Source: Chitinophagaceae bacterium
GTDB lineage: Bacteria > Bacteroidota > Bacteroidia > Chitinophagales > Chitinophagaceae
Assembly (NCBI GenBank): GCA_016710165.1
Contig: JADJLJ010000005.1
Span: 10,937-74,936, forward strand
Reading direction: 5' to 3'
Length of the DNA stretch: 64,000 nt
Shown here: piece after piece, positions 28,639 to 37,553 of the stretch
How the letters are laid out: each line of letters opens with the position of its first letter
Numbering within the stretch: the stretch's first letter is position 1
Notes under the pieces: model-generated
Database searches by the model: none
What the model was told of the DNA's origin: nothing
Seen by the model: the letters and a program-made list of their open reading frames with translations, nothing else
Position numbers and translations under genes: made by a program

Positions 28639-29909
28639 TCTGCTATTTTATTCTCCCGGTCGGGTTGGTACGGAATTGTTATTTTAATATAGTTATCGGT
28701 ATAGCCTTCCATCATACCGTTCTTGTTAATTGTCTCAAAAAGCACTTTTCTTGTTTCACCAATGTGCTGATTTGTGAAGTACTGCATCTTCTGGTAACTC
28801 AGGTTACGCAGCATTTTATTCCGTTCGTGCCGTACGTTTACAGGAACAACAGGCCTCATTTCTGCTGCCAGTGTATTGCTTCTTTCCGAATACGTGAATA
28901 CATGCAGGTAAGATACATCCAATAGCTGCAGGAAATCAACCGTTTCCATAAAGTCGGCATCTGTTTCACCCGGAAAGCCGACGATCACATCTGCCCCGAT
29001 ACAGCAATGCGGCATTACGGTTTTTATAAGCCCGGTCCTTTCGGCATACAATTCTTTTTTATACCTCCTTCGCATCAGTCCCAGTATCTTGTTGCTGCCG
29101 CTTTGCAAAGGGATGTGAAAATGGGGCATAAACCTTTTACTGTTGCTTACAAACTCAATGATCTCGTTGCTCAGCAGGTTCGGTTCAATGGAAGAAATAC
29201 GAAAACGTTCTATACCCTCTACTTTATCTAACTGTTGTATAAGTGTAAAAAAATTTTCTTTAACCGGGACTTGCTCTAAATCCCCCTTTTGGGGGGTGGG
29301 GGGGCGGAAATCCCCCAGGTTAATTCCGGTCAATACAATTTCTTTTGCTCCCTGTTCAGCGATACTCCGCACATTGGCAATAATGTTGTCGATGCTGTCA
29401 CTCCGGCTTTTGCCCCTTGCCAGCGGAATGGTGCAGAAGGAACAATTGTAGTCGCAGCCATCCTGCACTTTTAAAAATATCCGGGTACGGTCGTTCATGG
29501 AATGGGATGCAGTGAATTCATTCAGGTCACCGATCTCACAACTGCAGATCTTCGTGCTGTCGCCCTTGGTGATCTCTTTCAGGTGTTGCGTGATGTTGAA
29601 TTTTTCTGCAGCGCCCAATACCAGGTCAACGCCGGGTATGGAAGCAATTTCGTTTGGCTTCAGCTGGGCATAGCAGCCGGTGATCACCACCATGGCCTCC
29701 GGCGCTTTACGTTGTATGCGGCGTACCAGCATCCGGCATTCCTTATCGGCATTTTCAGTCACCGAACAGGTGTTGATCACATACACGTCGGCCACTTCAT
29801 CAAAGTTCCTTTTCTCAAAGCCGTCGTTCTCCAGCAACCTGCCAATGGTGGATGTTTCGGAAAAATTAAGCTTGCAGCCCAATGTATGTAATGCCACGGT
29901 CTTGTTCAT
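28626..29909 (-). CDS. mtaB: tRNA t6A37 methylthiotransferase MtaB
   Basis: HTLGCKLNFSE, INTCSVT, KVQDGCDYNCSFC (radical SAM) and LHVFTYSER. Contains an in-frame RPPTPQKGDL insert. Confidence 0.94.
   Translation of the reverse strand: MNKTVALHTLGCKLNFSETSTIGRLLENDGFEKRNFDEVADVYVINTCSVTENADKECRMLVRRIQRKAPEAMVVITGCYAQLKPNEIASIPGVDLVLGAAEKFNITQHLKEITKGDSTKICSCEIGDLNEFTASHSMNDRTRIFLKVQDGCDYNCSFCTIPLARGKSRSDSIDNIIANVRSIAEQGAKEIVLTGINLGDFRPPTPQKGDLEQVPVKENFFTLIQQLDKVEGIERFRISSIEPNLLSNEIIEFVSNSKRFMPHFHIPLQSGSNKILGLMRRRYKKELYAERTGLIKTVMPHCCIGADVIVGFPGETDADFMETVDFLQLLDVSYLHVFTYSERSNTLAAEMRPVVPVNVRHERNKMLRNLSYQKMQYFTNQHIGETRKVLFETINKNGMMEGYTDNYIKITIPYQPDRENKIAEWKI
29281..29305 (+). repeat. CCCC...GGGG(A/G)TGGGGGC element, in frame in mtaB
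   Basis: TCCCCCTTTTGGGGGGTGGGGGGGC. Confidence 0.7.
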
Positions 29910-30032
29910 CGGGGCAAAATTAACGAAAACCAAAATAGAAACGCGGATGATGCTGATGAAACTGATATTCACGGATCATATCTGCTTAAATCCGTGTCAT
30001 CAGCGTTTCTATCAATTAAAGTAACTTGCATC

Positions 30033-30485
30033 ATGCTTAAGAAATACCTCCCTTATATCTTCCTGGTTGCCGCTGCTTTATTGCTGTTCTTCATCAAGAG
30101 AAACCAGCGGGGGGCAGTGCCTGTAAAGCCAGCCACCGGACAGGCCGATAACCGGGTTACCGTTCCGGCAGTAGTGCCTGCCGGCGAAAAACCGGAAGAG
30201 ATCGAAGGTTTCAACAGGAATACGACCAACCTGGTCTTCAGCAAACATGCCAGGTGCAGGATGGATTGCAGGAAGATCGATGAAAGTGAAATACGGGGGA
30301 TATTGAAGAATGGAACCGTGAATAAGAAAAAGATACAGCGGGATAAGCGGGGTATGACCTACCCGGTGGAGGGCACCACGCACGACGGGCAGCGGGTACG
30401 GATCGTTTTTGCTCCAAAAGGCGATGCCCTGGTGGTGGTAACGGTGATCGACCTGGGTAAAGAATGGTCATGCGATTGTAAATAA
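30033..30485 (+). CDS. Membrane-anchored DUF4258-like protein
   Basis: N-terminal TM helix; SKHARCRMDCRKIDESEI...RVRIVFA..VVVTVIDL. Confidence 0.75.
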   Translation: MLKKYLPYIFLVAAALLLFFIKRNQRGAVPVKPATGQADNRVTVPAVVPAGEKPEEIEGFNRNTTNLVFSKHARCRMDCRKIDESEIRGILKNGTVNKKKIQRDKRGMTYPVEGTTHDGQRVRIVFAPKGDALVVVTVIDLGKEWSCDCK

Positions 30486-30556
30486 GTTCCCGTTCATAAA
30501 TCTTCACTTTTCTTAACAATAAAAACAGTGTAAGTTTGTTGCTGAACGGTTGAGTA

Positions 30557-32107
30557 ATGAATATCAAATCCATCCTGGCAAAGCCATTTGCCGGTTATAT
30601 ATACAAACAGATAAAGAAGGGAATGGAAACGGCGGTAGCCGACCAGCAATCTATTTTCAACCAGCTTATAAAAGTCGGCACAAAAACGGTCTTTGGGAAA
30701 GACCATGATTTTGCAAACATACGATCACACGAAGATTTTGTAAGGAAGGTCCCGCTGCGTGATTACGAAGCATTCAGGCCTTACATCGAAAAAATAAAAC
30801 AGGGCACACACAATGTGTTGTGGAAGGGGCAGCCGATCTATTTTTCAAAAACGAGCGGTACCACCAGCGGGGTAAAATATATCCCCATAACAAAAGATTC
30901 CATTCCCAATCATATCAATACGGCCCGGAATGCTTTGTTGTGCTACATGGCCGAAACAGGCAATACAAAATTTGCCGACGGCAAACTGATCTTCTTAAGC
31001 GGCTCTCCTGTCCTGGAAAGGGTAGGCGGAATACCTACCGGCAGGCTAAGCGGGATCGTGAATCACCATGTGCCAAAATATTTACGTGCCAACCAGTTGC
31101 CTTCCTTTACCACAAACTGTATTGATGAATGGGAAGAAAAACTCGATAAGATCGTGGAAGAGACGATCAGCCAGGACATGACACTCATCAGCGGCATACC
31201 CCCATGGATGCAGATGTATTTTGACAGGCTGGTAGAGAAGAGTGGAAAGAAAGTAGGGGAACTGTTCCCTAATTTCAGTGTGATGGTCCAGGGCGGAGTG
31301 AATTTTGAACCGTACAAGGCAAAGTTGTTTGAAAGCATCGGCCGGCAGATCGACTGCATCGAATTGTTCCCGGCAAGCGAAGGTTTTTTTGCTTTCCAGG
31401 ACCTGACTGCCGGCAGGCAAGGTTCGCAAGACAATCCGGGTTTGTTGCTGAATACGAACAGCGGAATATTTTTTGAGTTTGTTCCGGCTGCAGAAATTTT
31501 CAAGGAGGATCCAACGCGGCTGACATTGAAAGACGTTAAAGTGGGAGAGAATTACGCCCTGGTCGTTAGCAGCAATGCCGGTTTGTGGGGATACAATATC
31601 GGCGATACCGTCCGCTTTGTCTCCACCGATCCATACCGGCTGGTGGTTACGGGACGTACCAAACATTTCATCTCGGCTTTTGGCGAGCACGTGATCGGTG
31701 AAGAAGTGGAAGCTGCTTTGCTAAAGGCTGCAGAAGAGGAGAATATCCGGGTCACCGAATTTACTGTTGCCCCGAAGATATCCACCGATGCCGGCAAGAG
31801 CTGTCATGAATGGTTCATTGAATTTGAGAACATGCCTTCCGGCCTGGAAGCATTTGCAAAAAAGATTGATGATAACCTGCGCAACAAAAATGTATACTAC
31901 GATGACCTGGTGGGCGGCAATATTTTACGACCGTTGAAGATCTCACCCATCAGGAAGAACGGCTTCATTGATTATATGAAAAGCATCGGCAAACTGGGCG
32001 GGCAGAATAAAGTGCCCCGGCTGAGCAATGACCGTACCATTGCAGATGAACTTACTCCATTTGTTAATTCTGTTGAAACAGCCGGTCCCTTTTCGGGCTT
32101 GAAATAA
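30557..32107 (+). CDS. GH3 auxin-responsive promoter family acyl-adenylate enzyme
   Basis: SKTSGTTSG.KYIP, FPASEGFFAFQD and YNIGDTVRF...GRTKHFISAFGEH. Confidence 0.9.
   Translation: MNIKSILAKPFAGYIYKQIKKGMETAVADQQSIFNQLIKVGTKTVFGKDHDFANIRSHEDFVRKVPLRDYEAFRPYIEKIKQGTHNVLWKGQPIYFSKTSGTTSGVKYIPITKDSIPNHINTARNALLCYMAETGNTKFADGKLIFLSGSPVLERVGGIPTGRLSGIVNHHVPKYLRANQLPSFTTNCIDEWEEKLDKIVEETISQDMTLISGIPPWMQMYFDRLVEKSGKKVGELFPNFSVMVQGGVNFEPYKAKLFESIGRQIDCIELFPASEGFFAFQDLTAGRQGSQDNPGLLLNTNSGIFFEFVPAAEIFKEDPTRLTLKDVKVGENYALVVSSNAGLWGYNIGDTVRFVSTDPYRLVVTGRTKHFISAFGEHVIGEEVEAALLKAAEEENIRVTEFTVAPKISTDAGKSCHEWFIEFENMPSGLEAFAKKIDDNLRNKNVYYDDLVGGNILRPLKISPIRKNGFIDYMKSIGKLGGQNKVPRLSNDRTIADELTPFVNSVETAGPFSGLK
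31402..31422 (+). repeat. 21-nt in-frame variant of the CCTGCCTGCCGGCAGGCAGG palindrome (encodes LTAGRQG)
   Basis: CCTGACTGCCGGCAGGCAAGG lies between codons for FQD and SQD. Confidence 0.75.
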
Positions 32108-32135
32108 TTTTTGGCCGTTTTTTTTCAAAAAAACA

Positions 32136-32143
32136 TACTTTTG
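32136..32143 (+). promoter_or_regulatory. -7 promoter element (TACTTTTG) for the arg operon leader
   Basis: TAnnTTTG match 25 bp before the leader ORF. Confidence 0.6.
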
Positions 32144-32168
32144 TACTGCAAATAACCATTAACAGCAA

Positions 32169-32264
32169 GTGAACCCTGTTCAAGCACATATTCCTGCATC
32201 TGAACTGCTGCCTACTGCAGGCAGCATGCCCCGGTTCATTTCCCGATGCCGACGTGGATGCTGA
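32169..32264 (+). promoter_or_regulatory. Candidate Arg-rich leader peptide and hairpin (attenuator-like) before the arg operon
   Basis: GTG-started VNPVQAHIPASELLPTAGSMPRFISRCRRGC*, or ATG-started MPRFISRCRRGC* from 32226. Followed by an imperfect hairpin CTGATAGG...CCTGTCAG (32261-32298). Confidence 0.5.
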
Positions 32265-32358
32265 TAGGACGAGCAGTTAAAAGCTGCCCCTGTCAGTGAA
32301 AAAATCCCCGAACCATTTCCTTTAACATCATTTATTATCACGCTTTCAATTGTAAGAA

Positions 32359-33057
32359 TTGGAAAACAGCAACATTATCATCCGGGTTGCCATACCCGCC
32401 GATAAAAAATATGCCCCCGTCATCACCGATGAAATGGCATCATCTGCAAAAGCCCGTGGCACCGGTATTGCCAAACGCAGCCCGGCGTACATCGAACAGA
32501 AGATGGAAGAGGGTAAGGCAGTCATTGCCCTGACCAACTCCGGTGAATGGGTGGGTTTTTGTTATATAGAGGCCTGGGAACACAACAGGTTTGTTGCCAA
32601 CAGCGGCCTCATTGTTTCTCCTGAATTCCGCAAAACAGGCGTGGCCAAAGCCATCAAGAAAAGGATCTTTGAGTTGAGCCGGGAAAAATACCCGGATGCA
32701 AAGATCTTTGGATTGACGACCGGGCTGGCGGTGATGAAAATAAATTCCGACCTCGGCTATGAACCGGTCACGTATTCCGAACTCACCAATGATGAACAGT
32801 TCTGGGCCGGCTGCAAAAGCTGCGTGAACTACGACATCCTGGTGAGCAAAGAGCGGAAGAACTGCATGTGCACCGCCATGCTGTTTGACCCGGCCGATCA
32901 TTTTGAACCGGAAGAGACAAAAGAAGAGTTCAAGAGGCATTCGAAATTGTATGAACGTTTCATGCGCCTGAAGCAAAGCAGGCTGATCGGGTTCCTGCAG
33001 AAGAAACAGGGAGATGGCATGAAGCGGTCATTGCTTGGCCAGTTTTTTAATTTTTAA
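32359..33057 (+). CDS. GNAT-family N-acyl-glutamate synthase candidate (Bacteroidota ArgA-like)
   Basis: First gene of the arg operon; ARGTGIAKRS, VANSGLIV, FGLTTGLAVMKIN and FWAGCKSCVNYDIL. Confidence 0.75.
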   Translation: MENSNIIIRVAIPADKKYAPVITDEMASSAKARGTGIAKRSPAYIEQKMEEGKAVIALTNSGEWVGFCYIEAWEHNRFVANSGLIVSPEFRKTGVAKAIKKRIFELSREKYPDAKIFGLTTGLAVMKINSDLGYEPVTYSELTNDEQFWAGCKSCVNYDILVSKERKNCMCTAMLFDPADHFEPEETKEEFKRHSKLYERFMRLKQSRLIGFLQKKQGDGMKRSLLGQFFNF

Positions 33058-33068
33058 AATCAGTATAG

Positions 33069-34322
33069 ATGATCGCAAATAAAATAGAAACTTCTGGAGA
33101 CTCCCCGCCAGCCGGCGGGGATGGAGGCAAAGTAGTATTGGGTTTCAGCGGGGGGTTGGATACTACGTATTGTGTAAAATACCTCACCGAAGAAAAGGGA
33201 TATGAAGTGCACTCCATCATTGTGAACACCGGTGGTTTTACAGGTGATGAATTGAAGAAAACAGAAGAACATGCATACAAGCTGGGAGTTAAAACACATA
33301 CTACCGTTGATGCTGTTAAAAGTTATTACGACAAGATCATTAGGTACCTGGTTTTTGGAAATGTATTGAAGAATAATACGTATCCCCTGAGCGTGAGTGC
33401 CGAGCGGCTTACACAGGCAGTTTTTATTGCAGAACACGTGCAACACCTGCAGGCAGACATTGTAGCGCACGGCAGTACCGGCGCCGGCAACGACCAGGTA
33501 CGGTTTGATATGATATTTAATATCATGATCCCCGGCGTGGAGATCTGCACACCTATCCGGGATATGAAATTAAGCAGGGAAGAAGAGATCGCTTATTTAA
33601 AGAGCAAGGGAGTGGAAATGAACTTTGAAAGATCCATTTACTCCATCAATAAGGGCCTGTGGGGAACCAGCGTGGGCGGTAAGGAAACCTTAAGCAGCAA
33701 CGGGATGTTGCCCGAAGAGGCCTGGCCAACACCCTTGTCAAAAAAAGGGAATGAGGATCTTGAGTTGGGATTTACCAAAGGAGAATTATACAGCGTGAAC
33801 GGTAAGGCATTTACACATCCATCCGAAGCGATACAGGAAGTTCAAAGGATCGCCGGGCCTTATGCAATAGGCCGGGACATACATGTGGGCGATACCATCA
33901 TCGGCATCAAAGGCCGGGTAGGTTTTGAAGCCGCGGCGCCCATGATCATTTTAAAAGCGCACCATGCCCTGGAAAAACATGTGCTTACCAAGTGGCAGCT
34001 GAACTGGAAAGACCAGCTGGCATTGTTTTATGGCAACTGGCTTCACGAAGGGCAGATCCTTGACCCGGTGATGAGGGATGCGGAAGCCTTCTTTGAGAAT
34101 TCCCAGCAAAATGTGACCGGTAAAGTGTTTGTTAACCTGGCGCCATACCGGTTCCAGGTTACCGGTATTGAATCGAACTATGACCTGATGAGCACTACGT
34201 TCGGTAAATACGGCGAGATGAACAATGGCTGGACGGGAGAGGATGTGAGAGGCTTCTCAAAGATATTCGGCAATCAAACCATGATCTATCACGCTGTTAA
34301 ACAAATGGCAGATGGCAAATAA
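33069..34322 (+). CDS. argG: Argininosuccinate synthase
   Basis: VLGFSGGLDT, AHGSTGAGNDQVRF and YSINKGLWG. The N-terminus carries a SPPAGGDGG insert. Confidence 0.95.
   Translation: MIANKIETSGDSPPAGGDGGKVVLGFSGGLDTTYCVKYLTEEKGYEVHSIIVNTGGFTGDELKKTEEHAYKLGVKTHTTVDAVKSYYDKIIRYLVFGNVLKNNTYPLSVSAERLTQAVFIAEHVQHLQADIVAHGSTGAGNDQVRFDMIFNIMIPGVEICTPIRDMKLSREEEIAYLKSKGVEMNFERSIYSINKGLWGTSVGGKETLSSNGMLPEEAWPTPLSKKGNEDLELGFTKGELYSVNGKAFTHPSEAIQEVQRIAGPYAIGRDIHVGDTIIGIKGRVGFEAAAPMIILKAHHALEKHVLTKWQLNWKDQLALFYGNWLHEGQILDPVMRDAEAFFENSQQNVTGKVFVNLAPYRFQVTGIESNYDLMSTTFGKYGEMNNGWTGEDVRGFSKIFGNQTMIYHAVKQMADGK
33101..33128 (+). repeat. CCCC...GGGGATGGAGGC element, in frame in the argG N-terminus
   Basis: CTCCCCGCCAGCCGGCGGGGATGGAGGC. 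Confidence 0.75.
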
Positions 34323-35289
34323 GATAAAAGCAGGTATAGTGGGTGGTGCCGGTTATACCGGTGGCGAACTGGTAAGGATATTATTGAATCATCCTGCGGC
34401 CGAGATGATTTTTGTACGCAGTAAGAGCAATGCCGGGAATTTCCTGCACAGTGTGCACCAGGACCTGCTGGGAGAAACGGATATGAGATTCGCGGCAGAG
34501 ATGAATGATGATATAGATGTTTTGTTTCTCTGTGTGGGACATGGCGAAGCAAAGACCTTCCTGGAAAAAAATACGATCGGGGATAAGATAAAGATCATTG
34601 ACCTGAGCCAGGATTTCAGGCTGGGCGAATCTGTTAAGCACCGGAAATTCATTTATGGTCTGCCGGAGCTGAATAAAGAAAAAATAAAGGCAGCAGATAA
34701 CGTTGCCAACCCGGGTTGTTTTGCCACGGCTATCCAGTTGGGACTTTTGCCATTGGCGAAGGCTGGTTTGTTGCAGGATATATATACAACGGGCATTACA
34801 GGCTCCACGGGTGCCGGCCAGGCATTGAATGCCACATCGCATTTCAGCTGGCGGGCAAATAATATCCAGGCATATAAAACATTAACGCACCAGCATCTTG
34901 CCGAGATCGGACAGTCGTTCCTGCAATTGAACCCTTCCGGTGATGCAGACCTGAGCTTTATTCCCTGGCGGGGGGATTTTACAAGAGGAATCTTCATCAG
35001 TTCCCAGGTAAAATGTGAATTAAGTATGGAAGAACTGAATGTATTGTATAATGAATATTATGCGACGCATCCTTTTGTATCGCTGAGCGGCGGGTCCATC
35101 TATTTAAAACAGGTAGTGAATACAAATAGATGCTTTATCCAACTGGAAAAAGTGGGTAGTAAGCTTGTTATTCATTCTATCATTGATAATCTATTAAAAG
35201 GAGCAAGCGGGCAGGCGGTGCAGAATATGAATTTAATGTTTGGCCTGGACGAGATGGCTGGTTTGAAACTAAAAGCAAATTATTTTTAA
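34312..35289 (+). CDS. argC: N-acetyl-gamma-glutamyl-phosphate reductase
   Basis: GGAGYTGGEL, ANPGCFAT, GITGSTGAG and DNLLKGASGQAVQNMN. Confidence 0.96.
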   Translation: MANKIKAGIVGGAGYTGGELVRILLNHPAAEMIFVRSKSNAGNFLHSVHQDLLGETDMRFAAEMNDDIDVLFLCVGHGEAKTFLEKNTIGDKIKIIDLSQDFRLGESVKHRKFIYGLPELNKEKIKAADNVANPGCFATAIQLGLLPLAKAGLLQDIYTTGITGSTGAGQALNATSHFSWRANNIQAYKTLTHQHLAEIGQSFLQLNPSGDADLSFIPWRGDFTRGIFISSQVKCELSMEELNVLYNEYYATHPFVSLSGGSIYLKQVVNTNRCFIQLEKVGSKLVIHSIIDNLLKGASGQAVQNMNLMFGLDEMAGLKLKANYF

Positions 35290-35294
35290 AATTA

Positions 35295-35358
35295 ACCGCG
35301 GAGGCGCAAAGACGCAAAGAAAAGATCAGTTAACTCGGCGTCTTTGCGCCTTAGCGGT
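35295..35358. repeat. Intergenic 21-bp hairpin (CGCAAAG family) between argC and argD
   Basis: ACCGCGGAGGCGCAAAGACGC...GCGTCTTTGCGCCTTAGCGGT, with 2 mismatches. Confidence 0.75.
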
Positions 35359-35370
35359 AAAAAAAATAAA

Positions 35371-36501
35371 ATGAAACTATTCGACGTATATCCACTCAAT
35401 GACATCACAATTGAAAAAGCATTGGGCTCTTATGTGTGGGATGACAAGGGTGAAAAATACCTGGACCTCTATGGTGGTCATGCAGTCATTTCCATCGGGC
35501 ATACCCATCCGCATTATGTAAAACGGATAGAAGATCAGCTGCACAAAGTGGGGTTCTATTCCAACTCAATAAAAATACCCTTACAGGTTGAACTGGCTGA
35601 AAAACTCGGGAAGGTCTCCGGTAAGGAAGACTACCAGCTCTTCTTATGCAATTCCGGGGCAGAAGCCAATGAGAATGCTTTAAAGCTGGCTTCGTTCTAT
35701 AATGGAAGAAAAAAAGTGATCGCTTTTAAAAAAGCATTTCATGGCCGGACTTCCCTGGCAGTTGCGGCAACAGATAACCCGAATATCGTGGCCCCGGTGA
35801 ATGAAACAGACAATATCATCTTCCTGCCTTTCAACGATGAAGCAGCGTTGGAAGAAGCCTTTAAGCAAAACGATATTTCATCTGTCATCATCGAGGGAAT
35901 ACAGGGAGTTGGCGGGATCAATGTTGCCGCTGATCCATTTCTCCAAAAGATAAGAACACTGTGTGATCAATATAATGCAGTTTTTATTGCCGACAGTGTC
36001 CAGTGTGGCTATGGGCGTAGCGGAAAATTTTATTCACATGATCATGCCGGCGTGAATGCCGACATATATACGATGGCAAAAGGAATGGGAAATGGCTTCC
36101 CGGTTGCCGGCATTTCCATCTCGCCCAAAATCAAGCCAAAGCACTTCATGCTGGGTACAACCTTTGGTGGCAATCACCTGGCTTGTGCGGCTGCACTGGC
36201 TGTATTGGAAGTGATGGAAGAAGAGAAATTAATGGACAATGCCAGAGCGGTTGGTGAATACCTGGTCAATGAGCTGAAAAAACTGCCAGCAATAAAAGAA
36301 GTAAGGGGGAGAGGACTGATGATCGGAATAGAATTACCCGAAGAGTTAAATGGAGTGAAGAAGAACCTGCTGTTCAAACACAAAATTTTTACCGGGGAAG
36401 CAAAACCAAATGTGATACGCTTGCTGCCTGCTTTGAATATTACCAGGACCGAAGCGGATTTTTTTTTACAGGCCATTAAAACCGAGTTAAACCTGGTCTG
36501 A
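35371..36501 (+). CDS. argD: Acylornithine aminotransferase
   Basis: YLDLYGGHAV, CNSGAEANE, AFHGRT, DSVQCGYGR and MAKGMGNG. Confidence 0.94.
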   Translation: MKLFDVYPLNDITIEKALGSYVWDDKGEKYLDLYGGHAVISIGHTHPHYVKRIEDQLHKVGFYSNSIKIPLQVELAEKLGKVSGKEDYQLFLCNSGAEANENALKLASFYNGRKKVIAFKKAFHGRTSLAVAATDNPNIVAPVNETDNIIFLPFNDEAALEEAFKQNDISSVIIEGIQGVGGINVAADPFLQKIRTLCDQYNAVFIADSVQCGYGRSGKFYSHDHAGVNADIYTMAKGMGNGFPVAGISISPKIKPKHFMLGTTFGGNHLACAAALAVLEVMEEEKLMDNARAVGEYLVNELKKLPAIKEVRGRGLMIGIELPEELNGVKKNLLFKHKIFTGEAKPNVIRLLPALNITRTEADFFLQAIKTELNLV

Positions 36502-36594
36502 CGCCCCGCCTGCCTGCCGGCAGGCAGGTCTGGCCAACGAAGAAAAAACAATTTAAATCATGGTCTGACGCCCTCGTCTGACCAACGAAGAAAA
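36494..36594 (+). repeat. Direct pair of REP-like hairpins; the first copy carries the 20-bp perfect palindrome CCTGCCTGCCGGCAGGCAGG (36509-36528)
   Basis: Copy 2: TGGTCTGACGCCCTCGTCTGACCAACGAAGAAAA. Copy 1: TGGTCTGACGCCCCG[20-mer]TCTGGCCAACGAAGAAAA. Confidence 0.88.
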
Positions 36595-36599
36595 CAGCA

Positions 36600-37553
36600 A
36601 TGCAAAACTTTATCTCAGTAAACGATGTTGAAGATGTGAACGCCCTGGCGGAAAAGGCGTTGGCGTATAAAGCCGATCCGTTTGCCGACCGGAACCTCGG
36701 TGTTGACAAACGGATCGGCTTGTTATTTTTGAATCCGTCACTGAGGACAAGGCTGAGTACACAGGTGGCTGCCATGAACCTGGGAATGAAAGCCATTGTG
36801 CTGAACGTGGACAAGGAAGGCTGGGCGTTGGAATTTGAAGAGGGAGCCATCATGAATGGCGTTACGGTTGAGCACATCAAAGATGCGGCACCAACCCTGG
36901 GCCAGTACTTCGATATTTTATGCATCCGTACATTCCCTGCTCTAAAGAACCGGGAGGAGGATTATGCGGAAACGGTGATCAGCCAGTTCATTAAATATGC
37001 CGGGGTACCTATTGTTAGCCTGGAAAGTGCCACACTGCATCCGTTGCAAAGCCTTACCGATATCATTACCATCAAGGAAACATTTGCAGGAAAGGACAGG
37101 CCAAAAGTGGTCTTAACCTGGGCGCCGCATGTAAAAGCATTGCCGCAGTGTGTGGCCAATTCCTTTGCGCAATGGATCAATGCATGGGGAGAGGCAGACT
37201 TTGTGATCACGCATCCGGCCGGGTATGAACTGGAAGAGGCATTCACCCGTGGGGCAAGCATCACGGCCGACCAGGATGAAGCATTAATAAATGCCGACTA
37301 TGTATATGTAAAGAACTGGAGCAGCTACCACGATTATGGAAAGGTCATCTGTACTGACGCTTCCTGGATGTTGACCAATGAAAAACTGGAGCGCACAAAT
37401 AATGCAAAACTGATGCATTGTTTACCGGTGCGCAGGAATGTGGAACTGGGTGATGACATACTGGATGGCAGCAACAGCCTTGTAACCCGGCAGGCGGGCA
37501 ACCGGGTATGGGCTGCACAGGCCGTATTAAGCGAAATATTAAAGCCGGTGTGA
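36600..37553 (+). CDS. argF: N-acyl-ornithine carbamoyltransferase (ArgF'; probably N-succinylornithine type)
   Basis: FLNPSLRTRLS, EHIKDAA, ESATLHPLQ, LTWAPH and MHCLPVRRNV. Confidence 0.92.
   Translation: MQNFISVNDVEDVNALAEKALAYKADPFADRNLGVDKRIGLLFLNPSLRTRLSTQVAAMNLGMKAIVLNVDKEGWALEFEEGAIMNGVTVEHIKDAAPTLGQYFDILCIRTFPALKNREEDYAETVISQFIKYAGVPIVSLESATLHPLQSLTDIITIKETFAGKDRPKVVLTWAPHVKALPQCVANSFAQWINAWGEADFVITHPAGYELEEAFTRGASITADQDEALINADYVYVKNWSSYHDYGKVICTDASWMLTNEKLERTNNAKLMHCLPVRRNVELGDDILDGSNSLVTRQAGNRVWAAQAVLSEILKPV

Noticed and set aside
30557-32107. Plant-hormone conjugation system from the GH3 gene
   Set aside because: GH3-family genes are common in Bacteroidota and nothing in the context supports an auxin role.
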